The notes beneath the pieces are model-generated. The model was not told the DNA's origin and did not search any database. It worked only from the letters and a program-made list of their open reading frames with translations. Both the position numbers and the translations under genes were made by a program. Shown here in pieces: positions 1-19,293 of a DNA stretch of 64,000 bases (within the stretch, counting starts at the first letter, position 1; the number at the start of each line of letters is the position of its first letter). Source of the stretch: Escherichia coli (GTDB lineage: Bacteria; Pseudomonadota; Gammaproteobacteria; Enterobacterales; Enterobacteriaceae); NCBI RefSeq assembly GCF_036507355.1, contig NZ_AP027877.1. The stretch is one strand, 5' to 3'.

Positions 1-358
1 CTTCGGCCTGCTCCATCAACCAGGCATCAAATTTACTGCGCAAAACGGAGTAAGAACGCTGGGATGGCGAGGTTTCGTCACCGTTGCAGTAGTCCATAGT
101 CATCGCTGACTTTTCCGTCATAAACGCGAGTTTTTCATGGGTGATCAGGCGTTCTACGGGGGCGGATTCGGCGAAACCTGGAATAATGTGTTCCAGACTG
201 TGGGCATAGAGACGCCCGCCAGTAACGTTCTTGGCACCTGCGGAATTGCCACGCTCGATAACTAACACTTGCGCCCCTTCGCGGGCGAGCACCAGTGCGG
301 CAACCGAACCGGCAAGCCCTGCACCGACGATGATGGCGTCAAAGATATCTTCGGACAT
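1..358 (-). CDS. fixC: FixC FAD-dependent oxidoreductase, N-terminal part only (gene runs off the window start)
   Basis: Reverse-strand translation from ATG at 358 gives MSEDIFDAIIVGAGLAGS..., a GxGxxG FAD/Rossmann motif; lies downstream of fixAB as in the fix operon. Confidence 0.8.
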   Translation of the reverse strand, partial: MSEDIFDAIIVGAGLAGSVAALVLAREGAQVLVIERGNSAGAKNVTGGRLYAHSLEHIIPGFAESAPVERLITHEKLAFMTEKSAMTMDYCNGDETSPSQRSYSVLRSKFDAWLMEQAE

Positions 359-408
359 AAGAGCTCCCTGTCAGCGGCAGAGCCGTAATGCAGCCCTGCC
401 AGAGTGGA

Positions 409-1350
409 TCAACGCGCTAAAGCTGCGGTCAGTGCCGGAAGGATCTTCACGGCATCGCCAACAATGCCGTAATCCGCGTACTGGAAGATCGGCGCATTTT
501 TATCTTTATTGATGGCGAAAATGGTTTGCGATGCATTAGCACCAACCATGTGCTGGATCTGCCCGGAGATCCCCACCGCCAGATACAATTCAGGTTTCAG
601 CATCAGGTTGGAGATACCGACATAGCGTTCGTGCTCCATCCATTTTTCGTTTTCCGCCACCGGACGAGAACAGGCCAACTCCGCACCTATCGCCTTGCAA
701 AGCTGTTCTGCCAGCGCAATGTTCTCTTTGCTGCCAATGCCGCGACCGACGCTGACCACCAGACGGGCTTTGTCGAGATCGACGCTGTTGCTCTGGCGCG
801 CCTGGGTTGCCGTGCGGGTAATCGCCACAGCCGGAGCCTGCCACTCCACGGTGTGCGTTTCGCCAGTGCGTGACGCGTCTGGCTGAGCCGCATCGAACGT
901 GCCACTGCTGATGGTCAGTACCGCATACGGCGTGGCAATGCGTTCTTCGCCAATCGCCAGGCCGCCGTAAACCATGTGTTTCACTGTTGCTTTACCGTCC
1001 TGTACGCTGACGGTGCTGGCATCGTTAGACACCGCCGCTTTAAGGCGATAACCCAGTTTTGCCGCCAGTAATTTGCCGCGACGGGTGTTTGGCAACAACA
1101 CCAGGCCGTCTGCGCCGTGCTGGCGAATAGTGTCAGCCATGACACTGGCGTAATCTTCGATCATCCGATCGTCCGGTTTGCCGTTTAATTTCCAGACATG
1201 ATTAGCGCCGAGCTGGATTGCCTGTGCGCCGTCGGCATCATTGAGGACAAAGGTGTTGATTTGATTAGCTAAAGCCTGCGCACCGTTCATCAGTTCCGGC
1301 AGACGAGAAGGGGTATCGCTGAATACCCAGACTTGAGAAAACGTGTTCAT
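409..1350 (-). CDS. fixB: electron transfer flavoprotein alpha-subunit homolog FixB
   Basis: 313-aa ORF, ETF-alpha-like, directly downstream of fixA. Confidence 0.9.
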   Translation of the reverse strand: MNTFSQVWVFSDTPSRLPELMNGAQALANQINTFVLNDADGAQAIQLGANHVWKLNGKPDDRMIEDYASVMADTIRQHGADGLVLLPNTRRGKLLAAKLGYRLKAAVSNDASTVSVQDGKATVKHMVYGGLAIGEERIATPYAVLTISSGTFDAAQPDASRTGETHTVEWQAPAVAITRTATQARQSNSVDLDKARLVVSVGRGIGSKENIALAEQLCKAIGAELACSRPVAENEKWMEHERYVGISNLMLKPELYLAVGISGQIQHMVGANASQTIFAINKDKNAPIFQYADYGIVGDAVKILPALTAALAR

Positions 1351-1364
1351 AGCATCCCCTGTAA

Positions 1365-2135
1365 TTAAATGACTTTGCGAAGATTTTCAGCAAATGCGGC
1401 GATCTGTTCTTCGCCGTCGCCTTCAATCACGATGCGCTGACGCTCGCGCTGTTTCGGCGCGGCAACCTGTTGTTCTGACCAGGCTGCCTCTGCGTTAAAA
1501 CCGATATCCGCCGCCGACCATACCTGGACTGGCTTTTTCGCCGCGCCGAGAATGGCTTTCATCGAAGGTATTTGTGGGGAGTTGATATCAGTGGAAACAG
1601 CAACAACCGCAGGCAGCGGAATGCTTAAGGTTTCGGTTTCATCTTCCAGTTCGCGCTCAACGGTGAGGGTATCTGCCGTCAGGGAGATAATTTTGCTGAC
1701 GCCGTTAACTGCCGGAATATTGAGGATTTCGCCCACCAGCAGACCAACCTGCTGGGCATAAAGGTCGGAAGAACCATCGCCACAGAGGATCAGATCAAAG
1801 CCTGCTTTCTGGGCGGCTGCAGCCAGTGCGCTCGCCGTTTGTTGCGGCAGTGCCTGCTCGAACTGGTCATCAATCACCACAATCAGTTCATCCGGGCCGC
1901 GCGATAGCACATCTTTACGCCCTTTGGCGTTGGTCAGGGCTTTACCGCCCACACTTAAGGCTGTCACCTGCGCCTCTGCTGCCTGTTGCTTTAGCTGGCA
2001 AGCCGCTTCAATAGCGTTGAGATCGTATTGGCTTATTTTGGCATCGGCTTTGCTGAAGTCTAATGAACCATCAGCATTATTGACCGCAATATCCTGTTCA
2101 TCAGGCACGCACTTATAGCAAGTAATAATCTTCAT
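1365..2135 (-). CDS. fixA: electron transfer flavoprotein beta-subunit homolog FixA
   Basis: ORF track gives 277 aa; the conserved protein starts at the internal [14 protein letters not shown] (ATG at 2135), giving 256 aa. Confidence 0.85.
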   Translation of the reverse strand: MKIITCYKCVPDEQDIAVNNADGSLDFSKADAKISQYDLNAIEAACQLKQQAAEAQVTALSVGGKALTNAKGRKDVLSRGPDELIVVIDDQFEQALPQQTASALAAAAQKAGFDLILCGDGSSDLYAQQVGLLVGEILNIPAVNGVSKIISLTADTLTVERELEDETETLSIPLPAVVAVSTDINSPQIPSMKAILGAAKKPVQVWSAADIGFNAEAAWSEQQVAAPKQRERQRIVIEGDGEEQIAAFAENLRKVI

Positions 2136-4122
<1,987 letters not shown>

Positions 4123-4152
4123 TTAACCCCCAAAATATCAAGAGGTTGAAAG

Positions 4153-5295
4153 ATGGATTTTAATTTAAATGATGAGCAGGAACTGTTTGTCGCCGGTATC
4201 CGCGAACTGATGGCCAGCGAAAACTGGGAGGCCTATTTTGCCGAGTGCGACCGTGACAGCGTCTACCCGGAACGTTTTGTCAAAGCACTGGCGGATATGG
4301 GTATCGACAGTCTGCTGATCCCTGAAGAGCACGGTGGTCTGGACGCGGGGTTTGTTACTCTCGCCGCCGTGTGGATGGAGCTGGGACGTCTGGGGGCACC
4401 AACCTATGTACTGTACCAGTTGCCGGGCGGATTCAACACCTTCCTGCGCGAAGGCACACAAGAGCAGATCGACAAGATTATGGCTTTCCGCGGCACCGGT
4501 AAGCAGATGTGGAACTCAGCGATTACCGAACCGGGCGCGGGCTCCGACGTGGGTAGCCTGAAAACGACTTATACCCGTAGAAATGGTAAGATTTATCTTA
4601 ATGGTAGTAAGTGTTTTATTACCAGCAGCGCCTACACCCCGTACATCGTGGTGATGGCGCGCGACGGGGCTTCTCCGGACAAACCTGTCTACACCGAATG
4701 GTTTGTTGATATGAGCAAACCGGGCATCAAAGTGACCAAACTTGAAAAGCTCGGTCTGCGTATGGATAGCTGCTGTGAAATCACCTTTGACGACGTGGAA
4801 CTGGACGAGAAAGACATGTTCGGTCGGGAAGGTAACGGCTTTAACCGCGTCAAAGAAGAGTTCGACCATGAACGTTTCCTGGTAGCCCTGACCAACTACG
4901 GTACGGCGATGTGCGCCTTTGAAGATGCGGCGCGCTACGCCAACCAGCGCGTGCAGTTTGGCGAGGCTATTGGTCGTTTCCAGTTGATTCAGGAAAAATT
5001 CGCCCACATGGCGATCAAATTAAACTCCATGAAAAACATGCTGTATGAAGCAGCGTGGAAAGCAGACAACGGCACCATCACCTCTGGCGATGCAGCGATG
5101 TGCAAATACTTCTGCGCCAATGCGGCATTTGAAGTTGTGGATAGCGCAATGCAGGTGCTGGGCGGTGTCGGGATTGCGGGCAACCACCGCATCAGCCGCT
5201 TCTGGCGTGACCTGCGTGTAGACCGCGTCTCCGGGGGATCTGACGAAATGCAGATTCTGACGCTGGGTCGCGCGGTGCTGAAGCAATACCGCTAA
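4153..5295 (+). CDS. caiA: crotonobetainyl-CoA reductase (acyl-CoA dehydrogenase family)
   Basis: 380-aa ORF with acyl-CoA dehydrogenase features. Confidence 0.95.
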
Positions 5296-5306
5296 GTCAA
5301 TGCGCT

Positions 5307-5390
<84 letters not shown>

Positions 5391-5405
5391 TCATGCGCTA
5401 CATAA

Positions 5406-6641
<1,236 letters not shown>

Positions 6642-6699
6642 ACGCGTGGCGTCAGTCGGCTTGCCTGACTAGCGCCCGCCCAATAACAAACGAACAAAA

Positions 6700-8268
6700 A
6701 TGGATAGAGGTGCAATGGATATCATTGGCGGACAACATCTACGTCAAATGTGGGACGATCTTGCGGACGTTTACGGTCATAAAACGGCGCTGATTTGTGA
6801 ATCCAGCGGCGGAGTCGTTAACCGGTATAGTTATCTTGAGTTAAATCAGGAGATTAACCGCACGGCAAACCTGTTTTATACGCTGGGGATTCGCAAAGGC
6901 GACAAGGTTGCACTACATCTCGACAACTGCCCGGAATTTATCTTTTGCTGGTTCGGGCTGGCAAAAATTGGCGCGATTATGGTGCCGATTAACGCCCGCC
7001 TGTTACGCGAGGAAAGTGCGTGGATCCTGCAAAATAGCCAGGCGTGCCTGCTGGTGACCAGTGCGCAATTCTATCCTATGTATCAACAGATTCAGCAGGA
7101 AGATGCCACTCAATTGCGGCACATTTGCCTGACAGATGTGGCACTTCCCGCTGATGATGGCGTGAGTTCGTTTACTCAACTGAAAAATCAACAACCTGCC
7201 ACCTTGTGCTATGCACCGCCGCTATCGACTGACGATACGGCGGAAATTCTCTTCACCTCCGGCACCACCTCCCGACCGAAAGGTGTGGTGATTACCCATT
7301 ACAACCTGCGCTTCGCTGGATATTACTCCGCCTGGCAGTGTGCACTGCGTGACGATGACGTCTACCTGACGGTAATGCCTGCGTTTCATATCGATTGCCA
7401 GTGTACTGCGGCGATGGCGGCGTTTTCTGCCGGGGCCACCTTTGTGCTGGTCGAGAAATACAGCGCCCGCGCCTTCTGGGGACAGGTGCAGAAGTACCGC
7501 GCCACCATTACCGAATGTATTCCGATGATGATCCGTACGTTGATGGTACAGCCGCCTTCAGCGAACGATCGGCAACACCGCCTGCGGGAAGTGATGTTTT
7601 ATCTCAACTTGTCGGAGCAGGAAAAAGATGCGTTTTGTGAACGCTTCGGCGTTCGCTTGCTGACGTCTTATGGGATGACGGAAACCATTGTGGGCATTAT
7701 CGGCGATCGTCCTGGCGATAAACGACGCTGGCCGTCGATTGGTCGGGCGGGGTTTTGCTACGAAGCGGAGATCCGCGACGATCACAATCGCCCGCTCCCG
7801 GCAGGTGAGATCGGTGAAATCTGTATTAAAGGCGCACCAGGGAAAACCATCTTCAAAGAGTATTTTCTCAACCCGAAAGCCACTGCAAAAGTGCTGGAAG
7901 CTGATGGCTGGCTGCATACCGGCGATACCGGATACCGCGACGAAGAGGGCTTTTTTTATTTCGTCGATCGCCGCTGCAATATGATCAAACGCGGTGGCGA
8001 GAATGTCTCCTGCGTGGAGCTCGAAAATATCATCGCCACCCATCCAAAAATTCAGGATATCGTGGTTGTGGGTATTAAAGATTCGATTCGCGATGAAGCC
8101 ATCAAAGCATTTGTGGTGCTGAATGAAGGTGAAACATTGAGCGAAGAGGAATTTTTCCGCTTCTGCGAACAAAATATGGCGAAATTTAAAGTGCCCTCTT
8201 ATCTGGAGATCAGAAAAGATCTGCCACGTAATTGCTCGGGGAAAATAATTAGAAAGAATCTGAAATAA
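6700..8268 (+). CDS. caiC: crotonobetaine/carnitine-CoA ligase (adenylate-forming enzyme)
   Basis: 522-aa ORF with the [13 protein letters not shown]-binding motif; an alternative start at ATG 6715 (MDIIGG...) is possible. Confidence 0.9.
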   Translation: MDRGAMDIIGGQHLRQMWDDLADVYGHKTALICESSGGVVNRYSYLELNQEINRTANLFYTLGIRKGDKVALHLDNCPEFIFCWFGLAKIGAIMVPINARLLREESAWILQNSQACLLVTSAQFYPMYQQIQQEDATQLRHICLTDVALPADDGVSSFTQLKNQQPATLCYAPPLSTDDTAEILFTSGTTSRPKGVVITHYNLRFAGYYSAWQCALRDDDVYLTVMPAFHIDCQCTAAMAAFSAGATFVLVEKYSARAFWGQVQKYRATITECIPMMIRTLMVQPPSANDRQHRLREVMFYLNLSEQEKDAFCERFGVRLLTSYGMTETIVGIIGDRPGDKRRWPSIGRAGFCYEAEIRDDHNRPLPAGEIGEICIKGAPGKTIFKEYFLNPKATAKVLEADGWLHTGDTGYRDEEGFFYFVDRRCNMIKRGGENVSCVELENIIATHPKIQDIVVVGIKDSIRDEAIKAFVVLNEGETLSEEEFFRFCEQNMAKFKVPSYLEIRKDLPRNCSGKIIRKNLK

Positions 8269-8376
8269 ATGAAACGGCAGGGAACTACCCTGCCAGCTAA
8301 TAATCACGCTCTAAAACAATATGCATTTTTTGCAGGGATGTTGTCGTCCCTGAAAAAGCAAAAATGGAGAAAAGGA

Positions 8377-9162
8377 ATGAGTGAATCATTACATCTGACC
8401 CGCAATGGATCAATTCTGGAAATTACCCTTGATCGCCCAAAAGCGAATGCTATTGATGCAAAAACCAGCTTTGAAATGGGCGAAGTATTTCTAAATTTCC
8501 GTGACGATCCGCAATTACGTGTCGCCATTATTACCGGTGCCGGAGAGAAATTCTTTTCCGCGGGCTGGGATTTAAAAGCGGCAGCAGAAGGCGAAGCACC
8601 GGATGCTGACTTTGGCCCGGGTGGTTTTGCGGGATTAACTGAAATTTTCAATCTCGACAAACCGGTTATCGCAGCTGTGAACGGCTACGCCTTTGGCGGC
8701 GGTTTCGAACTGGCGCTGGCGGCAGATTTTATTGTTTGTGCCGATAACGCCAGCTTCGCCCTGCCGGAAGCCAAACTGGGCATCGTTCCTGACAGCGGCG
8801 GTGTGCTGCGTCTGCCGAAGATCCTGCCGCCTGCCATCGTCAATGAAATGGTGATGACCGGCAGACGAATGGGCGCAGAAGAGGCGCTGCGTTGGGGGAT
8901 AGTCAACCGCGTGGTTAGCCAGGCGGAACTGATGGATAACGCCCGCGAACTGGCTCAGCAGCTGGTTAACAGCGCCCCGCTGGCGATTGCGGCGCTGAAA
9001 GAGATCTACCGCACCACCAGCGAAATGCCGGTAGAAGAAGCGTATCGCTATATTCGCAGCGGCGTGTTGAAACACTATCCGTCGGTTCTGCATTCGGAGG
9101 ATGCCATTGAAGGGCCGCTGGCGTTTGCCGAGAAGCGCGATCCGGTGTGGAAAGGACGTTAA
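8377..9162 (+). CDS. caiD: carnitinyl-CoA dehydratase (crotonase family)
   Basis: Likely start is the internal [12 protein letters not shown] (ATG at 8377) giving 261 aa; the ORF track extends upstream to 8269. Confidence 0.85.
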   Translation: MSESLHLTRNGSILEITLDRPKANAIDAKTSFEMGEVFLNFRDDPQLRVAIITGAGEKFFSAGWDLKAAAEGEAPDADFGPGGFAGLTEIFNLDKPVIAAVNGYAFGGGFELALAADFIVCADNASFALPEAKLGIVPDSGGVLRLPKILPPAIVNEMVMTGRRMGAEEALRWGIVNRVVSQAELMDNARELAQQLVNSAPLAIAALKEIYRTTSEMPVEEAYRYIRSGVLKHYPSVLHSEDAIEGPLAFAEKRDPVWKGR

Positions 9163-9167
9163 CAACC

Positions 9168-9758
9168 GTGAGCTATTACGCCTTTGAGGGGTTAATTCCG
9201 GTGGTTCACCCGACGGCGTTTGTCCATCCCAGTGCCGTCTTGATTGGCGATGTGATTGTGGGAGCCGGTGTCTACATCGGCCCACTCGCCTCACTGCGTG
9301 GTGACTACGGGCGGTTGATCGTGCAAGCGGGAGCCAATATTCAGGATGGCTGCATTATGCATGGCTACTGCGACACTGACACCATCGTTGGGGAAAACGG
9401 CCATATCGGGCATGGAGCGATCCTGCATGGTTGTGTGATTGGTCGCGATGCATTGGTCGGGATGAACAGCGTGATTATGGATGGCGCGGTCATTGGCGAA
9501 GAGAGCATTGTTGCCGCAATGAGCTTTGTCAAAGCAGGCTTTCACGGCGAGAAACGTCAGTTGTTGATGGGTACGCCAGCCCGCGCGGTACGCACTGTTA
9601 GTGACGACGAGTTACACTGGAAACGGTTGAATACCAAAGAGTATCAGGATCTTGTCGGGCGCTGTCATGCATCGTTACATGAAACACAGCCACTGAGGCA
9701 AATGGAGGAAAATCGCCCCCGTTTGCAGGGGACGACGGATGTGACGCCTAAACGGTGA
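9168..9758 (+). CDS. caiE: carnitine operon protein CaiE (hexapeptide-repeat transferase-like)
   Basis: Probable GTG start at 9168 ([11 protein letters not shown]...); left-handed beta-helix hexapeptide-like repeats. Confidence 0.8.
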   Translation: MSYYAFEGLIPVVHPTAFVHPSAVLIGDVIVGAGVYIGPLASLRGDYGRLIVQAGANIQDGCIMHGYCDTDTIVGENGHIGHGAILHGCVIGRDALVGMNSVIMDGAVIGEESIVAAMSFVKAGFHGEKRQLLMGTPARAVRTVSDDELHWKRLNTKEYQDLVGRCHASLHETQPLRQMEENRPRLQGTTDVTPKR

Positions 9759-9843
9759 TCTTGCCGGATGCGACCTGGTTGCTGGATAAGATGCTACAAC
9801 ATCGTATCTGGCAAGCAGGACGCCCGGTATCAACGAGATAAAA

Positions 9844-10239
9844 TCAACGACGCATACTCTTTGACAACATCATCTGCCACTTCTGCTCGCGGTTAAGTTC
9901 CGTGAGCGGAACGGCAGGAATACGCGGTGTCTTTCTTACGCCGACTAATTTTTCCCGACTGTTATTGCGCAGGCGCGCGTAAATTTGCTCATCGATATCG
10001 ACCACTTTAACCAGTCGCTGACACTGGCATCCCCGCCCTTCCAGCTTATTAGGGATCATCTTAACTTCGCAGCTTATTTCTGTGACTTCCGACAGAATAT
10101 AAGTCAGGGTATTAACCGCCTTGCTGTGTTCAATATCGAAATGAATAGAGATCTCTCTTGCTATCACCCACCGATTTTCAGCCATCATCCATTCGGCGAT
10201 TAACAAGTAGAGTGGTTTTTCAACATATCCTTCACACAT
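9844..10239 (-). CDS. caiF: transcriptional activator of the cai/fix operons
   Basis: 131-aa protein from ATG at 10239 (MCEGYVEKPLYLLIAEW...); the ORF track extends further upstream. Confidence 0.85.
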   Translation of the reverse strand: MCEGYVEKPLYLLIAEWMMAENRWVIAREISIHFDIEHSKAVNTLTYILSEVTEISCEVKMIPNKLEGRGCQCQRLVKVVDIDEQIYARLRNNSREKLVGVRKTPRIPAVPLTELNREQKWQMMLSKSMRR

Positions 10240-10499
10240 ACGAACTCCAGTTTCACAAATTAAAAGTCTGGCTATGACTCGTTTTGAAGCAATTAAACAA
10301 GGCCATATTAAAATTGTGGATATATCGATAGTATGCAACTTCACCGTCGATAAGTGTGAGCTAAATCCTGCTTATGTCATCAAAAATATCGATTCCCCAA
10401 AAGATTTACTTAATGGGCAAAAAAAACGGTCCTCATCAGAGAACCGTATTAGTTATTCGATCAAATTAGCGGATGAAAAATATCCGCCATGACACGCTA

Positions 10500-13721
<3,222 letters not shown>

Positions 13722-13738
13722 GGCTCTTTTACTCCTGA

Positions 13739-14887
13739 TTACTTAGCGGTTTTACGGTACTGCTCAATTAACTCGATAAAGTGGTCGAACAACGGCGCGG
13801 CGTCGTGTGGACCTGGGCTGGCTTCCGGGTGCCCCTGGAAGCTGAACGCCGGTTTATCGGTGCGATGAATGCCCTGTAACGTACCGTCGAACAGGGATTT
13901 ATGCGTGACACGCAGGTTTGCAGGTAATGTTGCTTCGTCCACCGCAAAACCGTGGTTCTGGGCGGTGATCATCACCACGTTTTTCTCCACATCTTTAACC
14001 GGATGGTTGCCGCCGTGGTGACCAAATTTCATTTTGACAGTCTTCGCACCGCTCGCCAGCGCCAGCAGCTGATGACCGAGACAGATGCCGAATACCGGAA
14101 TATCGGTTTCGAGGAATTTCTGGATGGCGGTAATGGCGTAATCGCACGGGGCCGGGTCGCCAGGACCGTTGGAGAGGAAGATGCCGTCTGGATTCATTTT
14201 CAGCACATCTTCCGCAGAAGTTTGCGCCGGAACGATGGTCAGGCGACAGCCTCTATCCACCAGCATCCGCAGGATGTTGCGCTTGGCACCAAAATCATAA
14301 GCCACGACGTGGAACGGCAGCTCGTCTTCTTTTTTCGCTTCTGGCAGGCCGCCGGTCAACGTCCAGCTCCCTTGTGTCCAGCTATAGGCTTCTGCGGTGG
14401 TCACTTCTTTTGCCAGATCCATGCCGTTCAGACCTGGGAACGCGCGGGCTTTTTCTAACGCCAGCGCCGCATCCGGGTTATCGCCCGCGATAATGCAGCC
14501 ATTCTGTGCGCCTTTCTCGCGCAGTAAACGCGTCAGCTTACGGGTATCGATATCGGCAATCGCCACGATGTTATGGCGTTTCAGGTAAGAAGAGAGGTCT
14601 TCGGTATTACGGAAGTTGCTGGCAATCAGCGGCAGGTCGCGAATCACCAGACCTTGTGCATGTACCTGAGAAGATTCTTCATCGGCGTCATTAGTGCCGA
14701 CATTGCCAATATGGGGATAAGTAAGAGTAACGATTTGACGAGAATAGGAAGGATCAGTGAGGATTTCTTGATAACCGGTCATTGAAGTATTGAAAACGAC
14801 TTCCCCAACCGCCGAACCTGTTGCCCCTATGGCCCGACCGTGAAACTGGGTTCCGTCTTCCAGAACCAATAGCGCTGACTTAATCAA
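13739..14887 (-). CDS. carA: carbamoyl-phosphate synthase small (glutamine amidotransferase) subunit
   Basis: 382 aa from a TTG start at 14887 ([17 protein letters not shown]...); E. coli carA is known to use UUG; the ORF track's upstream ATG at 14914 is probably not the real start. Confidence 0.9.
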   Translation of the reverse strand: MIKSALLVLEDGTQFHGRAIGATGSAVGEVVFNTSMTGYQEILTDPSYSRQIVTLTYPHIGNVGTNDADEESSQVHAQGLVIRDLPLIASNFRNTEDLSSYLKRHNIVAIADIDTRKLTRLLREKGAQNGCIIAGDNPDAALALEKARAFPGLNGMDLAKEVTTAEAYSWTQGSWTLTGGLPEAKKEDELPFHVVAYDFGAKRNILRMLVDRGCRLTIVPAQTSAEDVLKMNPDGIFLSNGPGDPAPCDYAITAIQKFLETDIPVFGICLGHQLLALASGAKTVKMKFGHHGGNHPVKDVEKNVVMITAQNHGFAVDEATLPANLRVTHKSLFDGTLQGIHRTDKPAFSFQGHPEASPGPHDAAPLFDHFIELIEQYRKTAK

Positions 14888-14892
14888 AACAC

Positions 14893-14940
14893 CCTCCAGA
14901 GAATATTCACTCACTTTATTTGCATATTAATTCACAATGA
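14893..14940 (-). promoter_or_regulatory. carAB P2 promoter region with overlapping ARG boxes (ArgR operator)
   Basis: Reverse strand reads TGAATTAATATGCAAATAAAGTGAGTGAATATTCTCTGGAGGG just upstream of the carA UUG start; two TGAAT...ATTCA-like ARG-box halves. Confidence 0.55.
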
Positions 14941-15341
14941 TGACGTAAATCAATGCAAATCTGCTTACCGACGAATTTCTGGCAAACGGCGGCATTCTGG
15001 AGATATGGGCGCTAAAAGTCAACTTAATGGCAGGATTTTTATATTATTTTGTGGCTCATGCATGTTTTACAGGCATTAAGCGACAAAAAGATCATCTAAC
15101 CTGTTCTGGAAAACGCTTGCGCAGCAAGAAGATTGCATGAAGTAAAAACGAGTAGAAAAAAGTGGACCAAATGGTCAAAATTTACATTAAAACAACAAAA
15201 ATAGAAGACAAAACATGTGATTTTTAGCGTTTGCATAAAATTTAAAAACATAACACAAAAAATAAAAGGGCTAAAAATTAAAGCCCTTTATATTCAATAA
15301 ATTAAATGCGTTACTTTTGCATCACTATAAACACTTTGTGG

Positions 15342-16178
<837 letters not shown>

Positions 16179-16329
16179 TTAATTTGCATAGACCGTTTTC
16201 AGAGTAACCAGCGCATCGCTACGCCGCCAGCCAAAAACGCTGATAATTAGAAATTAATGATAAACAGGGAGGGATATCAGTGAAAGGCATGAGTCGATGA
16301 ATGACTGCATGCCGATAACATGTGACAGG

Positions 16330-17244
16330 TTACGGCACCAGAGCCAGCACCTCAGCCACCCACTGTTGGAAGCCTTTTACATTCAGATCCAATGCCACCT
16401 GTACATTGGCTGGTTTGCCCAGGCAACCGTCGATATCAACCACCGTCGTGCCTGAGGTAAATTCGCCTTGAGTTTCTACCGCGACAAAACACGGCTTGAG
16501 GGTGAATAAGTCCGGGCGCACCAGCCAGGCGATGGCGCAGAGATCGTGCATTCGCAGACCGCTTTGCATACTGCCGCTACGGTAGTGGCTAAACAGGGCG
16601 TGGAGCATTTTTCCGGTGCGATTCAACTCCGGCAAAGTAGCGAGATAGTCAGGGGTTAATATTGCCTGATTGGTGACATCCAGACCGCACATGACGATTT
16701 CGATGCCGCTACGGAAGACACAGGCTGCCGCTTCTGGATCGGCAGCGATATTAAACTCGGCGTTTGGCGTGCAGTTGCCGCGACCGGCAGAGCCGCCCAT
16801 GATCACCAGACGACGAATATACGGTTTACATTCCGGGCATTGTGAAAGTAACAGCGCAATATTGGTTAACGGGCCGATGGCCACCAGGGTAACGGGCTCT
16901 GGTGCACGCATCAGGGCATCCCGAATCGCCAGAAACGCCGGTATCCCGAGCGGCTTTCGGTTGTGCTCAACAAAGTCGTAGCCAGCCATTCCCGATTCGC
17001 CGTGCACAGATGCCGCATCACGCGGTGCGCGTACCAGCGGCACAGCGGCCCCCTGGGCGAGCGGAATCTCCGCATTCCAGAAATGCAGCAGTTGCAGGGC
17101 ATTGCGGGTAGTTTTCTCAACCGAGACATTACCCGCGACGGTGGTCATCAGTTGCAGGTCGAGTTCGGGGGCAAAAATCGCGGCGGCAATGGCGACGGCA
17201 TCGTCAATGCCGGGGTCAGTATCGAGGAAGATAGGTAAACGCAT
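16330..17244 (-). CDS. rihC: non-specific ribonucleoside hydrolase
   Basis: 304-aa ORF with the N-terminal DTDPGIDD nucleoside-hydrolase motif. Confidence 0.9.
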   Translation of the reverse strand: MRLPIFLDTDPGIDDAVAIAAAIFAPELDLQLMTTVAGNVSVEKTTRNALQLLHFWNAEIPLAQGAAVPLVRAPRDAASVHGESGMAGYDFVEHNRKPLGIPAFLAIRDALMRAPEPVTLVAIGPLTNIALLLSQCPECKPYIRRLVIMGGSAGRGNCTPNAEFNIAADPEAAACVFRSGIEIVMCGLDVTNQAILTPDYLATLPELNRTGKMLHALFSHYRSGSMQSGLRMHDLCAIAWLVRPDLFTLKPCFVAVETQGEFTSGTTVVDIDGCLGKPANVQVALDLNVKGFQQWVAEVLALVP

Positions 17245-17309
17245 GTTTTCTCCATAAAAAATGCCGGTAACAAGACCGGCATTTTCGCATAACTTAGGCT
17301 GCTAATGAC

Positions 17310-18260
17310 TTAATCGACTTCACGAATATCGACACGCAGCTCTTTCGGCACTTCGAAAACAATGTTTTCTTCACGGCCTTCCAGCGGAATGGCTTCACCA
17401 CCGCCCAGCTGTTGCAAACGTGCCACAACATTCTGCACCAGAATATCCGGAGCCGATGCGCCCGCAGTCACGCCGACGCATTTAACCTCTTTCACCCACT
17501 CTTCCTGGATATCTTTCGCATCGTCAATCAAAAACGCGCGTTTGCCCATACGCTGGGCCAGCTCCGCCAGACGGTTGGAGTTGGAGGAGTTTTTCGAACC
17601 GACCACCAACACAACTTCCGCCTGTTCTGCCAGGGCGCGTACCGCTTCCTGACGGTTAGTCGTGGCGTAGCAGATGTCATCTTTGCGCGGACCGACAATT
17701 TTCGGGAAGCGTTTACGCAGCGCGTCGATCACATCAGACGTGTCATCCACCGACAGCGTGGTTTGGGTCATAAAGGAGAGTTTCTCTTCGTTTTTGACCG
17801 TCAGTTTCCACACATCGTCCGGCGATTCGACCAGATACATTCCCCCTTCCGGGTTACTGTACTGGCCCATCGTACCTTCCACTTCCGGATGCCCGGCGTG
17901 GCCGATGAGAATCGACTCTTCGCCACGACGGCTGGCGCGGGCGACTTCCATATGCACTTTGGTCACCAGCGGACAGGTGGCATCAAACACCGTCAAATCG
18001 CGGCTTTTTGCTTCGTTACGTACCGCCTGAGAAACACCGTGTGCGGAGAAAATCAGGATCGCGCCGTCCGGTACTTCGCTAATCTGCTCAATAAAGATAG
18101 CCCCACGCTCGCGCAGGCTATCGACCACGTAGCGGTTATGCACCACTTCGTGACGGACATATATCGGTGCGCCGTAAATGGCCAGCGCGTTTTCAACAAT
18201 GCTGATAGCGCGGTCTACCCCGGCACAAAAACCACGCGGGTTGGCCAACAGGATCTGCAT
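17310..18260 (-). CDS. ispH: 4-hydroxy-3-methylbut-2-enyl diphosphate reductase
   Basis: 316 aa from ATG at 18260 ([19 protein letters not shown]...); the ORF track's upstream extension overlaps fkpB. Confidence 0.9.
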
Positions 18261-18261
18261 G

Positions 18262-18711
18262 TTACGCCTCCAGTGCCGGATCGATTTCCAGCACTTCAAT
18301 ATCAAAATGAACGGTCTGCCCGGCCAGCGGATGGTTGAAATCAACGGTAATGGAGTCGCCGTTAATTTCGCGGATCACGCCAGGCATCTCACTGCCATCC
18401 ATTGCGGTAAAAAGCATAATTGCGCCAATTTCTGGCTCGCCTGCATCCATAAATTCACGGCGGGAGAAGTACTGAATCAGGTCCGGTGACGGCACGCCAA
18501 ACGCCGCATCGGGCTCCAGCGAGAAGGTGGTTTTATCGCCCACTTTCAGCCCCAACAGGTGTTGCTCCAGCCCTTCAGAAAGAGAAGCATCGCCCAGGCG
18601 GAACAGCGCCGGTTTACCGTTGTTGCGGGTAGACTCGGCAGTGGTGCCATCGTCGAGTTTTAGCGTGAAGTGCACCAGGACGGCGCTATTGCTCTGTACA
18701 GATTCAGACAT
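18262..18711 (-). CDS. fkpB: FKBP-type peptidyl-prolyl cis-trans isomerase
   Basis: 149-aa ORF. Confidence 0.9.
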
Positions 18712-18798
18712 GCAGGTTTGCTCTTATATTTTGAGGATTTTTGCCGGATGCGGCCTACGATTTCGCAGCAATCTGTAGGCCTTATCCGGCAGGGTTTA

Positions 18799-19293
18799 TT
18801 ATTGTTTTTTCGCTTTAGAAGGCAAAAAACCTTCCAGCACAATCAGTGCCGCACCGACACAAATGGCAGTATCGGCAAGGTTGAAGGTGGCGAAGTGCCA
18901 GTCGCCGACGTAGAAGTCGATCATATCGACAACGAAGCCGTGCCACAGGCGGTCGAACAGGTTGCCCAGCGCGCCGCCAATAATCAGCGCATAAGCGATA
19001 TTGTTTAGCTTCTGCGTGGCCTTCGAGCGATACATCATCACTGCCAGGATCACGCTAATACCAATCGCAATACCGGCAAAGAACCAACGCTGCCAGCCGC
19101 CGCTATCGGCAAGGAAACTAAACGCCGCGCCATAGTTACGCGCATAATGCAGATTAAGCGACGGGAACAGCGGGACCGTATCCCCCAGAGCAAAGTTCTG
19201 GAGGATCAGGTATTTGCTGCCCAGATCGATAATCAGCACGACTACCACCAGCCACAGCCAGCGTAGCCCTGTTGAACAGATCGATTGACTCAT
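18799..19293 (-). CDS. lspA: lipoprotein signal peptidase (signal peptidase II)
   Basis: 164-aa membrane protein; overlaps the ileS stop as in the ileS-lspA operon. Confidence 0.9.
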